A DNA stretch of 64,000 nt. It comes from Cercozoa sp. M6MM (Eukaryota; Protista; Endomyxa: Ascetosporea). The notes beneath the pieces are model-generated. The model was not told where the DNA came from. It made no database searches and saw only the letters and a program-made list of their open reading frames with translations. Every line of letters starts with the position of its first letter. Within the stretch, counting starts at the first letter, position 1. The stretch lies in assembly GCA_040357565.1 (NCBI GenBank), contig JBDODJ010000014.1. One strand, given 5' to 3'. A program made the translations under genes and the position numbers. Below, one piece after another: positions 49,501 to 61,456 of the stretch.

Positions 49501-52500
49501 AGGTAGGATAGGATATTCTGCTACATAACGGTAGGGTAGGTAGGTTGATATGGCAGTAGGGTAGGGAGGTAGGGTAGGGAGGTAGGGCAGGGAGGTAGGT
49601 GGTTACCTGACGCATGTGGTCGGTGCCTTCTCGAATGCGTTCGCACAGACTCACTGAGCACGTGGGCGGTCAGATCAAACACATGTGACTGGTCACAGTG
49701 ACCACGAGGAGAAACGCACCCATGACACGCTGGTCCAGGTGATCGCGCAGCACGACGGCGTGCGATCGCGGCGCGCGCAGCGACAACATCGCGTGGAACG
49801 CTATCGAACTCTGAGGAGAAGGGGGTAAGGGTAGGGGTATGAAGGGAATAAGAAGGAGGTAAAGCACCAGCTGCAGTCGCACGCGCTGGAAGGCACCGTC
49901 GGCGGCGTCGTCGAACCGATCCAGCAGCAGCAGCAGTCCGCGCGTCCACTGTTTCGTGTGCTCCTCCTCCTGTCCATAGGGGGTCCATAGGGCGGGAGGC
50001 GGGACAGAGGTAAAGCTACACTAGTCGACGTGTGCACATGCAGACTGCGCAGCAGGCCCTCGACGTTCTCCTTGTCCGACTCTGGGGAAAGAAGGTAAAG
50101 TGAGTACGGGAAGAAGCTTAAAGAGATAAAGCACAAGGTACCAAACGAGTTCAGCACGTCTGTAGCCACCGCGTCGTTCATGCGGCTACAAAAAACCCGG
50201 TGGGTCCAAATGGACGGTCCACAAATACACCACAGACACAAGGTACGTGAGTGCATGCCGCTCCTTCAAGAAAGCACCAAGCAGTCGCAGCTTCACCAGC
50301 AGCACGTCCGTCGCCTGCTCCTTGCTTCCTGCGCAAAGCAACTCAACTCAGCTCAACTCAACTCAACTCAACTCAACTCACTTTAAAGCAAAGCAAAGCA
50401 AAGCAAAAAACAAAGCATCTCAACTCAAAAGCATAAGAGAACTGCAGAGAACGCACCATGTGCAACGAAGGAGACCGCTTCGGACAGCATCGGTCGCCAT
50501 AGGTGTCGGCACGCCTCCTGTCACACATAGTCCAAAGCTCCATCACCTATCTCAACCAAAGCGACGCTATGGCCACAAAGTACCAGCGACACGCCCGTGC
50601 AGGCAAATCGAATCGCCGTTTGCATCTAAACACACACCAGGGATCAATATCTGAAAAGAATCAAAGTTGAAGCACAAAGCAAAAGCACAAAATGACAAAG
50701 CAAAAGCAAAACGAAAGCAAACGCTACCTCACGAATCAACTCTGAGCGAACCAAGTGTTCGCGAAAGTTCCAGAAGATCGAATTTCGCGTCGCTTCGTTC
50801 TCTGGCACGGTTTCCTGCCCCCACACAGACACAAACGTTAAAAACAGACAAGGCCATGTCAAAAGGTAGGAAGTACTCCGACAAGCGTGTCGATGTTGGT
50901 CGCGAACAGCGCCGTCAGCAGCGCCTCGTCTTGCAAAAGCTGCGACAAAGCAATTCCATCAACCGAGTCCAGTTGAGTTGAGTTGGGTAAAGTTGAGTTG
51001 AGTTGAGTTGAGTTGAGTTGAGTTGAGTTGAGTTGAGTTGAGTTGGGTTGGTTGAGTTGAGAGAGAAAAGAAAGCGTACGATGGCAGCGCGAGCGGCAGC
51101 GCCGAACACTTCGATCAGAGCGACGCGGTCCTCCTTGCGCAGTGCATTGCGGTCCTTCTTGCTGCACAAGCAAGTGTCAGCCAGTGTTACCAAAGGGGTC
51201 ACTCGAAAGCGCAGGGGCAATCATACCTCTCGCGCAGTCGGCGCGCCAGGAAGCGCAGCACGAGTCGCGTCAGTCGGCCGATCGTTTCGGTGTCGCTGCT
51301 GTCGCTGCTGTCGTGCTGCGTGACCTTGTGACACAGCAGCAGCACGCCCAGCACGAGCCACTGCAGAGTGTACACATGGACACGGTATATGTGGATGGTA
51401 CACATGGACGGTACATGTGGACAGTACACATGGACAAAACACGGGTCTAGATACTCCGAAGCAGTACCATGTGCCGCATGTGCAGGTAGCGATGCGTCGT
51501 GCGCCAGCGACCCAGCGACGTCGTACCTCTGCTCGAGGGGTAGAGGTGGGGGTAGGGGGTAAGGGGTAATGGGGGGGGGGGGTTAGCTACCGCAGTGTTG
51601 TCACAGCGTCCATCGCCTGGATGTCGCCAAAGCCGCCCATCGCTGTACACACCACGCACACTTAATCGGTCCCAGTCCCAGTCCCAATCCGGTCCGGTCC
51701 AGTCCTATTGGACCACTTAAGGAAGAGCGTACACATAGCGTCGCCACTGAGGAACTCGTGGTCCAGTGGCATTGTTTTCTCGAATACCTTCTGCCACAAC
51801 AACAGACAGTAAAAAACAACAAAAAACAACAAGAAACGCGAAGGTGTTCCTCTGGAGAAACGAGAGCGAAACGACAAAAAAGCCAAAAAAGCCAAAAACC
51901 TCAAAATTCTCGGCGATTCCGTCGATGAGGATTCTCGCATTTTCGACCGAGATTTCTGCAGTTTCGCGCTGCACAAACCAGCAGTGTACTTAAGGATGTG
52001 TGCTTGTTTTATTAAGGGTGTGTGTTGTATTAAGAGTGCATGTGTTTTTAATTAAGGGTATGTGTGTTGTATTAAGAGTGCATGTTAAGGGTGTGTGTTG
52101 TATTAAGAGTGCACGTGTTTTTAATTAAGGGTGAGGTGTGGTACCGGCACGGCGGTGGGCGTGTCGGGCGCGCGCAGCAGGCGCCGCAGCGGCAGCGTGT
52201 TGGTGTGCGCCAGCACGCGCCAGCCGACAGCACTGCCGTCGCACAGAGACGTCACACGACGCAGGTCGCGCGTGCACGGCAGTTGGTGCAGCATGTTGCC
52301 GCACATGGCCACTGCACAGACACATGTATATTTAAATGTATAAGTATATATATATGTATATGTATACGTATAAATTATACAAATTATATGTTAATATATA
52401 CAGATACATCAGTATATTTATATATATATATGTATATATAAATGTATACCCAGACGCAGAGCAATGCGAGCGAGTGTCATGTTGTCGCTCGTGCCTACAC

Positions 52501-53427
52501 ACGAAGGGGTAAGAGGTGGTATGGGGGGGGTAAGAATGTGTCATACTGGCCAGCAGCAGTGCGCGCAGCACGACAGGCGCGAATTCGATATCGCCCGCCT
52601 CCTGCCAAAAGAGACACCACACACACACACTCAATTAATTAAGGGTGCAACACCTCTGTAGTTAAGTGGGAGTGACGGTGCTACCAAGAAGTTGCCGAGT
52701 TTCACGAGAGCCAGAACGGCGAACTTCCAGTGCTGGTCCTCCTTGCTCTCAGTCTCTGTGTGTAGAGTAAGGGGGAGGAGGGTAAAGGGTGGGGGTGGGG
52801 GGATAAAACAGTCCAAATCCACCAGTCTCCTCGTCATGCATCTTGCTCGCCGTGTCGCGTTCCAGCACACGCAGCAGGTACTCGCCTGTCCACGTGTCCA
52901 CTCATGCCCAGCCAGGTGTCCACCCACATGTCCAGCCACTCACATGTCCAGCCACCCACATGTTCAGCCATACTGGCACACTGACTGGGTCAGAAAGTAC
53001 CGAGTGCCGTCGTGGCCACGGTGGCCGCCTGCTTCGACTGCGTCGGCGTCACGCCCGTCACGATCGGCCACACCGTGTGACTGCACTCACACACACAGTC
53101 CACATACAGGCAGACCACGTGCCAACTGAGCCGATCAAATTGATCGATATCAGTTTATCACACTAACACAGAGGTAGAGATCAGTACGGTGTCGGCAGTG
53201 CCGTGATCATCAGCGACGACGTCAGCAGCTACGTACCAGTATTTAACACAGGGGGGTGTAGGGGGTAAAGGGTGTAAAACGTACATGCTGCGCCTCCGAG
53301 GCCTCGAAACGCGACGTGCCCTCCAGGATCGCCATCACAAACGCGCAGTACCTGCGCAGTACAACACAAACAAGCGTGTCACAGTACTGCCCTCCCCCAC
53401 AACAGGAGTGTCCACACAGTCAGACAG

Positions 53428-53478
<51 letters not shown>

Positions 53479-53488
53479 NNNNNNNNNN

Positions 53489-53537
<49 letters not shown>

Positions 53538-56440
53538 TGGCACGTGGCAAAGTCGGCCGGCGGTCGCTCGCGGAAGAGCGTGATGAGCGCGAAGGCGCCG
53601 GCCACGCGCGCCGCGTCCACGTCGCTCGGCAGTGCCTCCTGCGTACAGACAGGCGTACAGACGGACCGACACGATCGGTCCAATTGGACAGGGCACTGGT
53701 CCTGGTACAAATGGACTCCGGAAGGGACAGGTACCACAGCACGCGGCAGACAGCGCCATGCCGTCATCGACGTCGCCAGGCCGTACCTGTGGCACACACA
53801 CAGGACACATATTGGACGGATTGGACAGGACACATGGACAGGACACATGGACAGGACACATGGACAGGACACATGGACAGGACAGAGGTACCGAGCACTG
53901 TTGAGTTCGGTGGAGCACAGCACCTGCTGCGCGGCCGTCTGCACCTCGTCGAACGGACACGTCACGCACTGCGCCGCGTACGACACCTGCGTCCGCGCGG
54001 ACACACATACGGTCCATTTGTACAGACACACACACACACACACACAGACGGTCCATCTGGACTGGACACACATGAGAAACGGTACCAGTGTGGCCAGGTC
54101 GTTGCCGCAGTAGGTGGCGCCGCCGCCGCACACCAGCATGTCCCTGTATAACGAGGGTAAATGGGGGGGGGGGGTAAGGTCTAGGGGATATAGATTACCA
54201 GGCACGCAGCTGCGCACGCTGCGCGAGTCGCACCGCCGTCGCATAGTACCTGTGCACGTGGTCACTCATACCCGATCAATGAGGTGGTCACTCAGTCACG
54301 TGTACGACAAGTGGTACCCGCCCTGACCGCAGGGGTCAAAGTGCCAGTTGAGGCACGAGATGTCCACCTCATCAAACGCGTCGTACGGTTCCTCCTCGTC
54401 CGTCCAGACGTCCGGCGATTGTTCCACTGTATAGCCATCACACCCAGTTCCACCACGCCCTTAATTAACTCAAACCCGCAGCCTTAACCAAAACCCTTTT
54501 GGAGGAGTACCCAAGGTGAGACACAGCAGCAGTGCCGCTGCCAGAGGCGTCGCCTGCGTCAGCGCCTTCTCCTGACCCGGCTGCTGTTTCTTCTGCGTCA
54601 GCACGTGCCAAGTGGTACCGAAAAATGATCCCTCTGACTGGGGTGAGTGGTACCAAATGATCCTGCAGCAGCATCTCCGAGCTGCCGAAGCGACGCAAGA
54701 AGAGCAGTCCGAGTCGCATCATTCCTTGCCGCAGCGTTAGGTCGCCTGCCAGCACCAACGGCGCCAGGTAGCCCGGCACCTCGCTCCGCGCGGACGGCGC
54801 CACCGTCGACCAGTTGACCTGCTCATACACACAGACGTCCACGCGGACACCGGCAGAATACAAGACAAGTTAGACTACGCGCAGTGCGTTGTGCAGTCGC
54901 GCCGGCTGCTGCGGCAGTTCGCACTGCGTGCCTGCACACGTGAGACATGTGATCACCCAGTGACCCACGTGAGCCACATGGCCACCCAGTGACCACCCAG
55001 TGGGCACGTGCAGCGAGAGGGCAGTACAGTGACGCGACTTCTGCAGCGGCCGCAGTTTCTGCTCGAACGGCAGCGTCTTGTGCTCCAGCTGCACACACAA
55101 ACGCATGTCCGCGCGGAAACATTGCAAACAACAAGAAACAACAACAGCAGCAAAAACAACAACAACAGGAAACAACAAAAGAGCCTACGAGCGACTCGTG
55201 CTGCTGCCGGAGCACGTCAAGACTCTCCATTTCGCCCGACACCTCGTCCAGTGTGTACTGCACTCAAGTACAGATAGACCAGGTACAGATAGACCAGGTA
55301 CAGATAGATCAGGTACAGACGGACCGTCCAGTCCATATGCACTGTGGGTATGGTACCATGATCTGCGTCAGGAAGTCAAAGGCCACGGTGATCTCGTCGT
55401 CGCTCGGACGGGCCACCGAGTCTCTGTCGGGGGGGGGGGGGGGTAAAGGGGTGGGGGTAAGGGGTAAAAGCAGACGGTACGGCGGCGACAGCACGAACTG
55501 CATCACATCGCGCACCGTGCACTGACGCTCACTCTCCTATCCATTCATACACACACACGAGATCACTCAGTGGCCACTCAGTGATCAATCACATGTGCGT
55601 GATCACTCTAACGTGGTCACTCTAACCTTCTTCTGACGATCGAACATGCGCAGCGTGTCAAAGCACTGCCACACGAACTGCTCGGCGTGCCGCACGTGCG
55701 CCTCAGTCGGTACTGCGCACACTCACACCGTCACTCACTTACCCACACCATCACTCACGCGCACGTGCGATCACACTCTGACTGGGCCAGCGACGGTTCA
55801 GGTGTACCGAACCAGCGCACGTGCAGATCGACGCGCTGCACGTAGGTGTCCACGTCGTGCGACAGCGACATCATGTCCTGGGGGAGGGGGTAAAGGGGGT
55901 AAAGGTGGGTAGGAAGTAGGACAGAGGCGGTACAATGTCCCAGTCAAAGTCGCCCAGCATGCCCAGGTCCGCCTACGTCAAGTGTACACATGAACAGTAC
56001 ACATAGACAGTACGCATGGACAGTACAAATGGACAGTACCTTGGAACCCGGCGCCCAGGCGTCGGTGCGCTGCTGCGTGCGGAACCAGAAACGCCACGGT
56101 CGTCGCTGCGCCGGTCCGTCCGACCCGTCCAACTGTACATTCGGTGTGTGGTCCATTTGTACCGCGCCAAACATACACAGGCACTGGGACGTACAAAGAG
56201 GATCGGCTGTCGCGAGCGCCACTGCGACAGAGCGCTCGACACCGAGGCCAGCAACTCCAGGCCTGTCCAGTTACACACACACATGGGTGATCACGTGATC
56301 ACTCAGGTGGTCACTTAGGTGTCACATGGTCATACTGTACCGACCTGTCGCACGACGGTTTCGTGACGGTGCACCAGACGCTGCGCGACGTCGCGCACGA
56401 GCGGCAGCACCTCGGCATGCTCGCCTTGTGCACTGCACAG

Positions 56441-56492
<52 letters not shown>

Positions 56493-59432
56493 ACAATGGG
56501 ACAAACAGACGTTCCAAATGGACAGCTCCAAATGCGGACAAGACCAAATGTACGAGAGTGTACCGAAAGATCTCCTCAGGCAGGAACGGAATCATCTTCT
56601 TGCACACGTATGCCAGCAGCACCGTCTGCTGCAAGCCGCTCTGCTCACACACACGTGCTCATGTCACGTGGTCACTGGGGTGGTCAGTCACGCGGTCACT
56701 GGGGTGCTGTACCGTCTGTGCCACACTGAGCATGGTGTGCAGCATGCCGAGACAGCGCTCCGGCCGCGTGTCGCACAGCGACACGAACAGCGGCGACACC
56801 AGGTACCGGATCTACATGCACACACATGTCAGGGGAGAAACGCTCACGTGTCACCAGCTGGGTCAGGTCAAGGTCATGGGGGTACCGTGTGCAACGACAG
56901 GTGCCGAATCCAGTGCAGCAGGCGCGACTGCACGCGGTCGAACAGGTCGCGCGTGCACTGCCAGGACGGGGGGGTAGAGGGGGGCAAATGGGGGTAGGAA
57001 CCAAAGTGGCCATACGGAGTGCATGAGAGCCGACAGACACCACTGCGCCCAGGGCCGGATGGTGCCGCCTGTCGAGACAACACACACACACACAGTCACA
57101 CCGTCAGCACCTCAGTCAGTGTGTCACACCGTCAGTGCGATCAGTGTGACACGTGGGATGGCACACGTGCTCACTCACCGGCATTGGTGACGGCGTCGAG
57201 TTCGCCCTTGCTCTCGGCCTGCGTGTCGGCGCAGTTCTCCTGCAGACAGGTAGCAAGTGTGACACACATGGTTCACTCTGACTAGGTGACTGGCCGGGTG
57301 GGCCAGAGGATAGGGCACGTGTCTAGTGATAGGACACGTGGTACCAGCAGCGGCAGCAACTTGTCCAGGAAGGCGTCGATCACGGTCGGGAAACGCGCCG
57401 ACTCTGCCTTGGCCTGAGGGTGACCACATTGATATACATGGGTGGTCACATAGGTGGTCACATAGGTGGTCACATGGGACGGTGTGGCGGGGGGGGGGCT
57501 ACCTGTGACCATGCGAGTCGCATCTCGTCCTGCGTCGGGTAGCACGGCTGCTGCGAGGCGGCGAGACTCGGCAGTCGCATGCGCGCCAGCAGCACACGCT
57601 GCGGCACGCGGTGGCCCGCCTCGACGGTGTCGTCGTTGATGCGCAGTCGCATGTGGTCACTCAAGTCACTGGCCCAGTCAGCTGCGGTATCATCGTCACC
57701 GTCTGTGTCTGTGTCTGTGTCGCCCGCACTCATCGGAATGCACGCGAACACCGTCGAGAACAGCGCCATGGCCTCTGTGACAGGGGTATATGAGTAGAGG
57801 GGTAAAGGGGCAGAAGGCGAAAGACTACCCTGCGCGCGGTCCAAGGTGTTGCTGTCGATGGCCGAGACGGCACTCAGCAACACATCGCACAGCGACGACA
57901 CGCCGCCCGTCCAGTAACGCGCGTCGAACAGCGGCGATGCCAGGTTGGTCAGGCACCTGGGTGGAGGCGTACAGGAGGGTAACGTACAGGAGGGTAACGG
58001 GGAGGGAGACAAGGGGGTATGGGGTAAAAACATACATCAGCGCCGACTTGGCACGCTGCGTCTGCGTGACGTCGCACACGTCACGTGCCAACTGAGTCAC
58101 ACACACACGTACACACAGACAGTCCAAACAGACGGTCCAAACGTACCTGTGGCAAGAGTGCCGGCAGGATGCGTCGCGGACACACCATGGCGAGTGCCTT
58201 CAGCGCCGTCGCCGACTGACGCGCAAAGTCGTTTTGCGGCGAGTACACCTGTACGTACACATAGACATGGACAGGTACAAACGGACCCACCTGTCCCGTC
58301 CATCCTGGACTCAGTTTGGTACCGACTGCAGCAGCAGACGCTGTAGCGTGTCGAACAGACGGCGGTAGCACAGCGTCGGCTCGCACGTGCCCACGTGCTA
58401 CCGGGGGGGGGGGGGGTAAACGAGGGGGTAACGAGGGGAAAGACAGGGAGATACGGGCAGCAGGCGCGTCGGCAGACGGCCGTTCAGTTCGGCTCCGAGT
58501 CGCGACGCGATGCCACGGCACACCGTCGATCTGTCCAGTCCAGTCCAGTCCACGCATATGTTCATTTGTACCCGTGCAACTTTTATGGGTACACGAGTGA
58601 GCCGAGTGTGAGGCCGGTGTGCTCGCTGGCTTCCTCCGGGTAGAACAGCACCGCCACCTGCACACACAGACATGCGTCAGTGGTCACATGGTTCAGTTTA
58701 GTGGTCACATGGTCACTCAGTGGATAGCCAGTGGTCACATGGCTCACTCAGAAGGTGGAGTACCGAGTTCAGCAGCTGCGCGAATTCGTCGACGCACGCG
58801 TCGTCGTTGGCGCTGTCGACCTCCTCCTATAGCGCATACAAAACATAGGTGTGTATGTGGCTAAAATCTCAGTTGTGTGGCTACAATATAGGCTACAGTG
58901 AGTTGGTCCATTTGTACCTGCGTGAGCTCATAACTGTCGTACTCAGTCGGCTTCACCTGACGCAGGTGGTTGCCAAAAGCAAAGGCCACGAACTGTCGGA
59001 ACAAGGGGATCAAAAGGGAAGAGGGGGTAAAAAGGGGGTAAAAAGGGGGTAAGCACCTGCGCAAACGCAATGGACCGCGTCGAGCACTCGCTCGCATTTT
59101 GCACAAACAGGCGGATCTGCAGGAAGGATGCAAGGTAACAATGAGTAATGGGGGGGGGGGGGTAAAACTACATACCGAGTTGCCCAGCATGCTGCTCAAT
59201 GCAACGCCCGGCAGCGACTCGTCCACGCCCTGCCAACACCGGTGGGGGATAAGGGTGAAAGGGTTAAGAAAGGGGGCTAAACAGCGACGGTACGGGACGC
59301 AGACGCGCGCCGTGCGCATGCAAGAACAGGTGCGTCAGACGCGGCATGACCGGTCGCCAGTCATAGAACTCGCTGTCGTCCGCGCGGCGGCACTGTGGCC
59401 ACACAGCAGTCACCAATCAGACCAGTCCCCAG

Positions 59433-59484
<52 letters not shown>

Positions 59485-61028
59485 CACACACACACACACA
59501 ACACACACACACACACACACACATCGATACACATGGTGTACCTGCTTGAGGGCAGCATTGGCGCAGCACTCGAACACCAACGTCGCCAGTTGGCCCAGCT
59601 ATACAACAAGCCAGTACCTCGCTCCAGTACCTGTCACTCAATACTCGAACAAGTCTGTCGGTGCCCCCTACCTGGCACGGCACGAAAAGACGCTCGATGA
59701 TCTCCAGCACGCGTGGCAGCCACTGCGCCGGCGGTACTTTCTGCACACGTATTTACACAACCGTCGCACATCAGTTAGAACAAAGAGTCACCAGTTAGAA
59801 CAAAGAGACGGTTCAGTGTCGGTGTGTGTGTGTGCCTACCTCGTTGAGAAACGCCAGGAAGAGAGCGACGCGGTCGATGGACTGCGCATCGCGCAGCGAC
59901 AGCGTCGGCAGCACGCGTTGCGTCACGGCCGGGTCGTCGAACCAGTCCACCTCGGTGTTCTCCTATCAGGACACATCAGTTATACCAGACAAGCTTGTTG
60001 CTTCGTCTGTTACCTCCTCAGGCAACAGCGACGGTTCCGACAGCAGGAGTTTCTCCAACTCGTCCTGTACAGATATGTGTATAAATCCACAAATATAGTC
60101 GAGACAAGTGTACCGGTGTGTTCCACGAGAAGAAGTCGCGTGTGCAACGGACCACCTCACCCAGCTTGCCTGTCAGGAAGGTAGAATATGGGGTACTACT
60201 AGTTGATAAAAAGGTACGTAGTACCAGCCATGTTCTGCAGCAGCGAGATCGAGGCGGCACCCACAACGCCCGTGCAACGACTCACGTACAGGTGGTACAC
60301 CACGGCCCTACAGATAACCTTAGACTTCCTACCTACACAACCTGTCTGTCACCTTGCAAAAAGACAACGCACCGCAGCAAGGGCCGGAAGTCGAGCGACA
60401 ACTCGGGCAGACGGCGCTGCGAACGCCAGTAGAACGGCAGCAGTGTCTGCACAAACACACAAAGACATAGACACAATAGATACAAAGGTACACGCTCTTA
60501 TGTTAAAATAGCAAGAGTACCGTCATCATGTTGACGAACTTGGCCAGTTCACGCTCGGTTCGGCACAAGTGCGTACTGCACACCCGGCGGTACAACAGGC
60601 GCACCAGCTGCACTCGTGTCCATGCATACGGTATAAAGCAATTAAGATTAAGTGGATACCTGTGCACGCTCGTCGCGCGTGATGGAAGCATGCTTGAGCG
60701 TGGAATGGAAACTATTGTAAACCAAGCGATGAAATAAAGAAAGGCGGATCAGCATGGAAGCATACAGTGCAGACACGCGCGCCGTCAGCACATCGTCGTC
60801 ATTTTCCGCGAGATACTCCAGTGCCTGTGAAAGTGGCCTTTCAACCGAGACAATGAAATGGAAACACAGGTACCTTGAACAGCTCCTTCAATTTTGCCTG
60901 TTGCTGCGCTTCAATTCTGCAGAAACAACAGTAGACAAGCACTGACGCAATTGCAACGGTCGAAGGGACGAAAGCTACTTTGGCAGAAAGGCAGCAGGGA
61001 CATTGAGCAGCGGTGGACGTGTCGACAT
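46530..61028 (-). CDS. PSME4: Proteasome activator PA200/Blm10 (many dozens of short exons)
   Basis: N-terminus MSTRPPLLNVPAAFLP. C-terminal RHSGMVGLSALLLSQPFDVPQWLPEV, KKAIADFRKTHEDQW, FNAEQLDAI and terminal ..YNYFA* (HbYX motif). Gene size fits. Confidence 0.9.
50971..51060. repeat. (GTTGA)n pentanucleotide intronic repeat; the opposite orientation (CTCAA)n lies at ~50340-50380
   Basis: Directly visible tandem runs. Confidence 0.9.
53432..53535. repeat. (GA)n microsatellite containing a 10-N gap
   Basis: GA run with Ns at 53479-53488. Confidence 0.95.
53823..53884. repeat. 13-nt intronic tandem repeat (ggacacatggaca)x~4
   Basis: Directly visible. Confidence 0.9.
59434..59523. repeat. (CA)n intronic microsatellite
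   Basis: Directly visible. Confidence 0.95.
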
Positions 61029-61456
61029 GCCTGCGGCAATGCAGCGCAAGCTTCTGTCTCTTGCTTTCGCTGTTTCTTTGTTGTTTTTTTGACGTCACAA
61101 ATCTGCTACGCTCTGCTTTTTCTTTGCTTCGGATTGCTCGAATCAGAACTTGCTTTTTTTCTTTGTTCGACGCTTCCTAAACCTCTGTTTCGAGTCCAAC
61201 GTGCCAAAATCGGTCTCGAACGCGTATCGGACGCCTCGTTGATGCTGCGCAGCAGTCACTGTGGCAACAAAAAATTCGAAAAAAATTTGGTGCCAACTTA
61301 AGGGGCCGTTGTAAGTTGACAGAGAAAATAACGGCTATTTGCGATGCGTGGCAGTGTGTTATGTTTGAAATGGGGCTAATTAGGTGTGCACAGATAGTGC
61401 GAGTGTTCAGTGTGTCAAATTTCAGTACAGGAGACGGCGAGTTCAAAAGATCAGAT

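Noticed and set aside
53285-54265. Long ORFs of 250-290 aa on both strands (also 38456-39334, 59099-60184, 61584-62309)
   Set aside because: These are antisense shadows or intron read-through in stop-poor, microsatellite-rich sequence (THTH, RERE, CVCV peptides).
46608-60000. Introner-type recently mobile introns
   Set aside because: Introns share short motifs, but I saw no pair alignable end to end and no consistent TIR/TSD.
1450-61028. Alternative genetic code or stop readthrough to explain fragmented ORFs
   Set aside because: Every conserved motif I traced was restored by GT-AG splicing under the standard code. TAA, TAG and TGA all appear as terminal stops.
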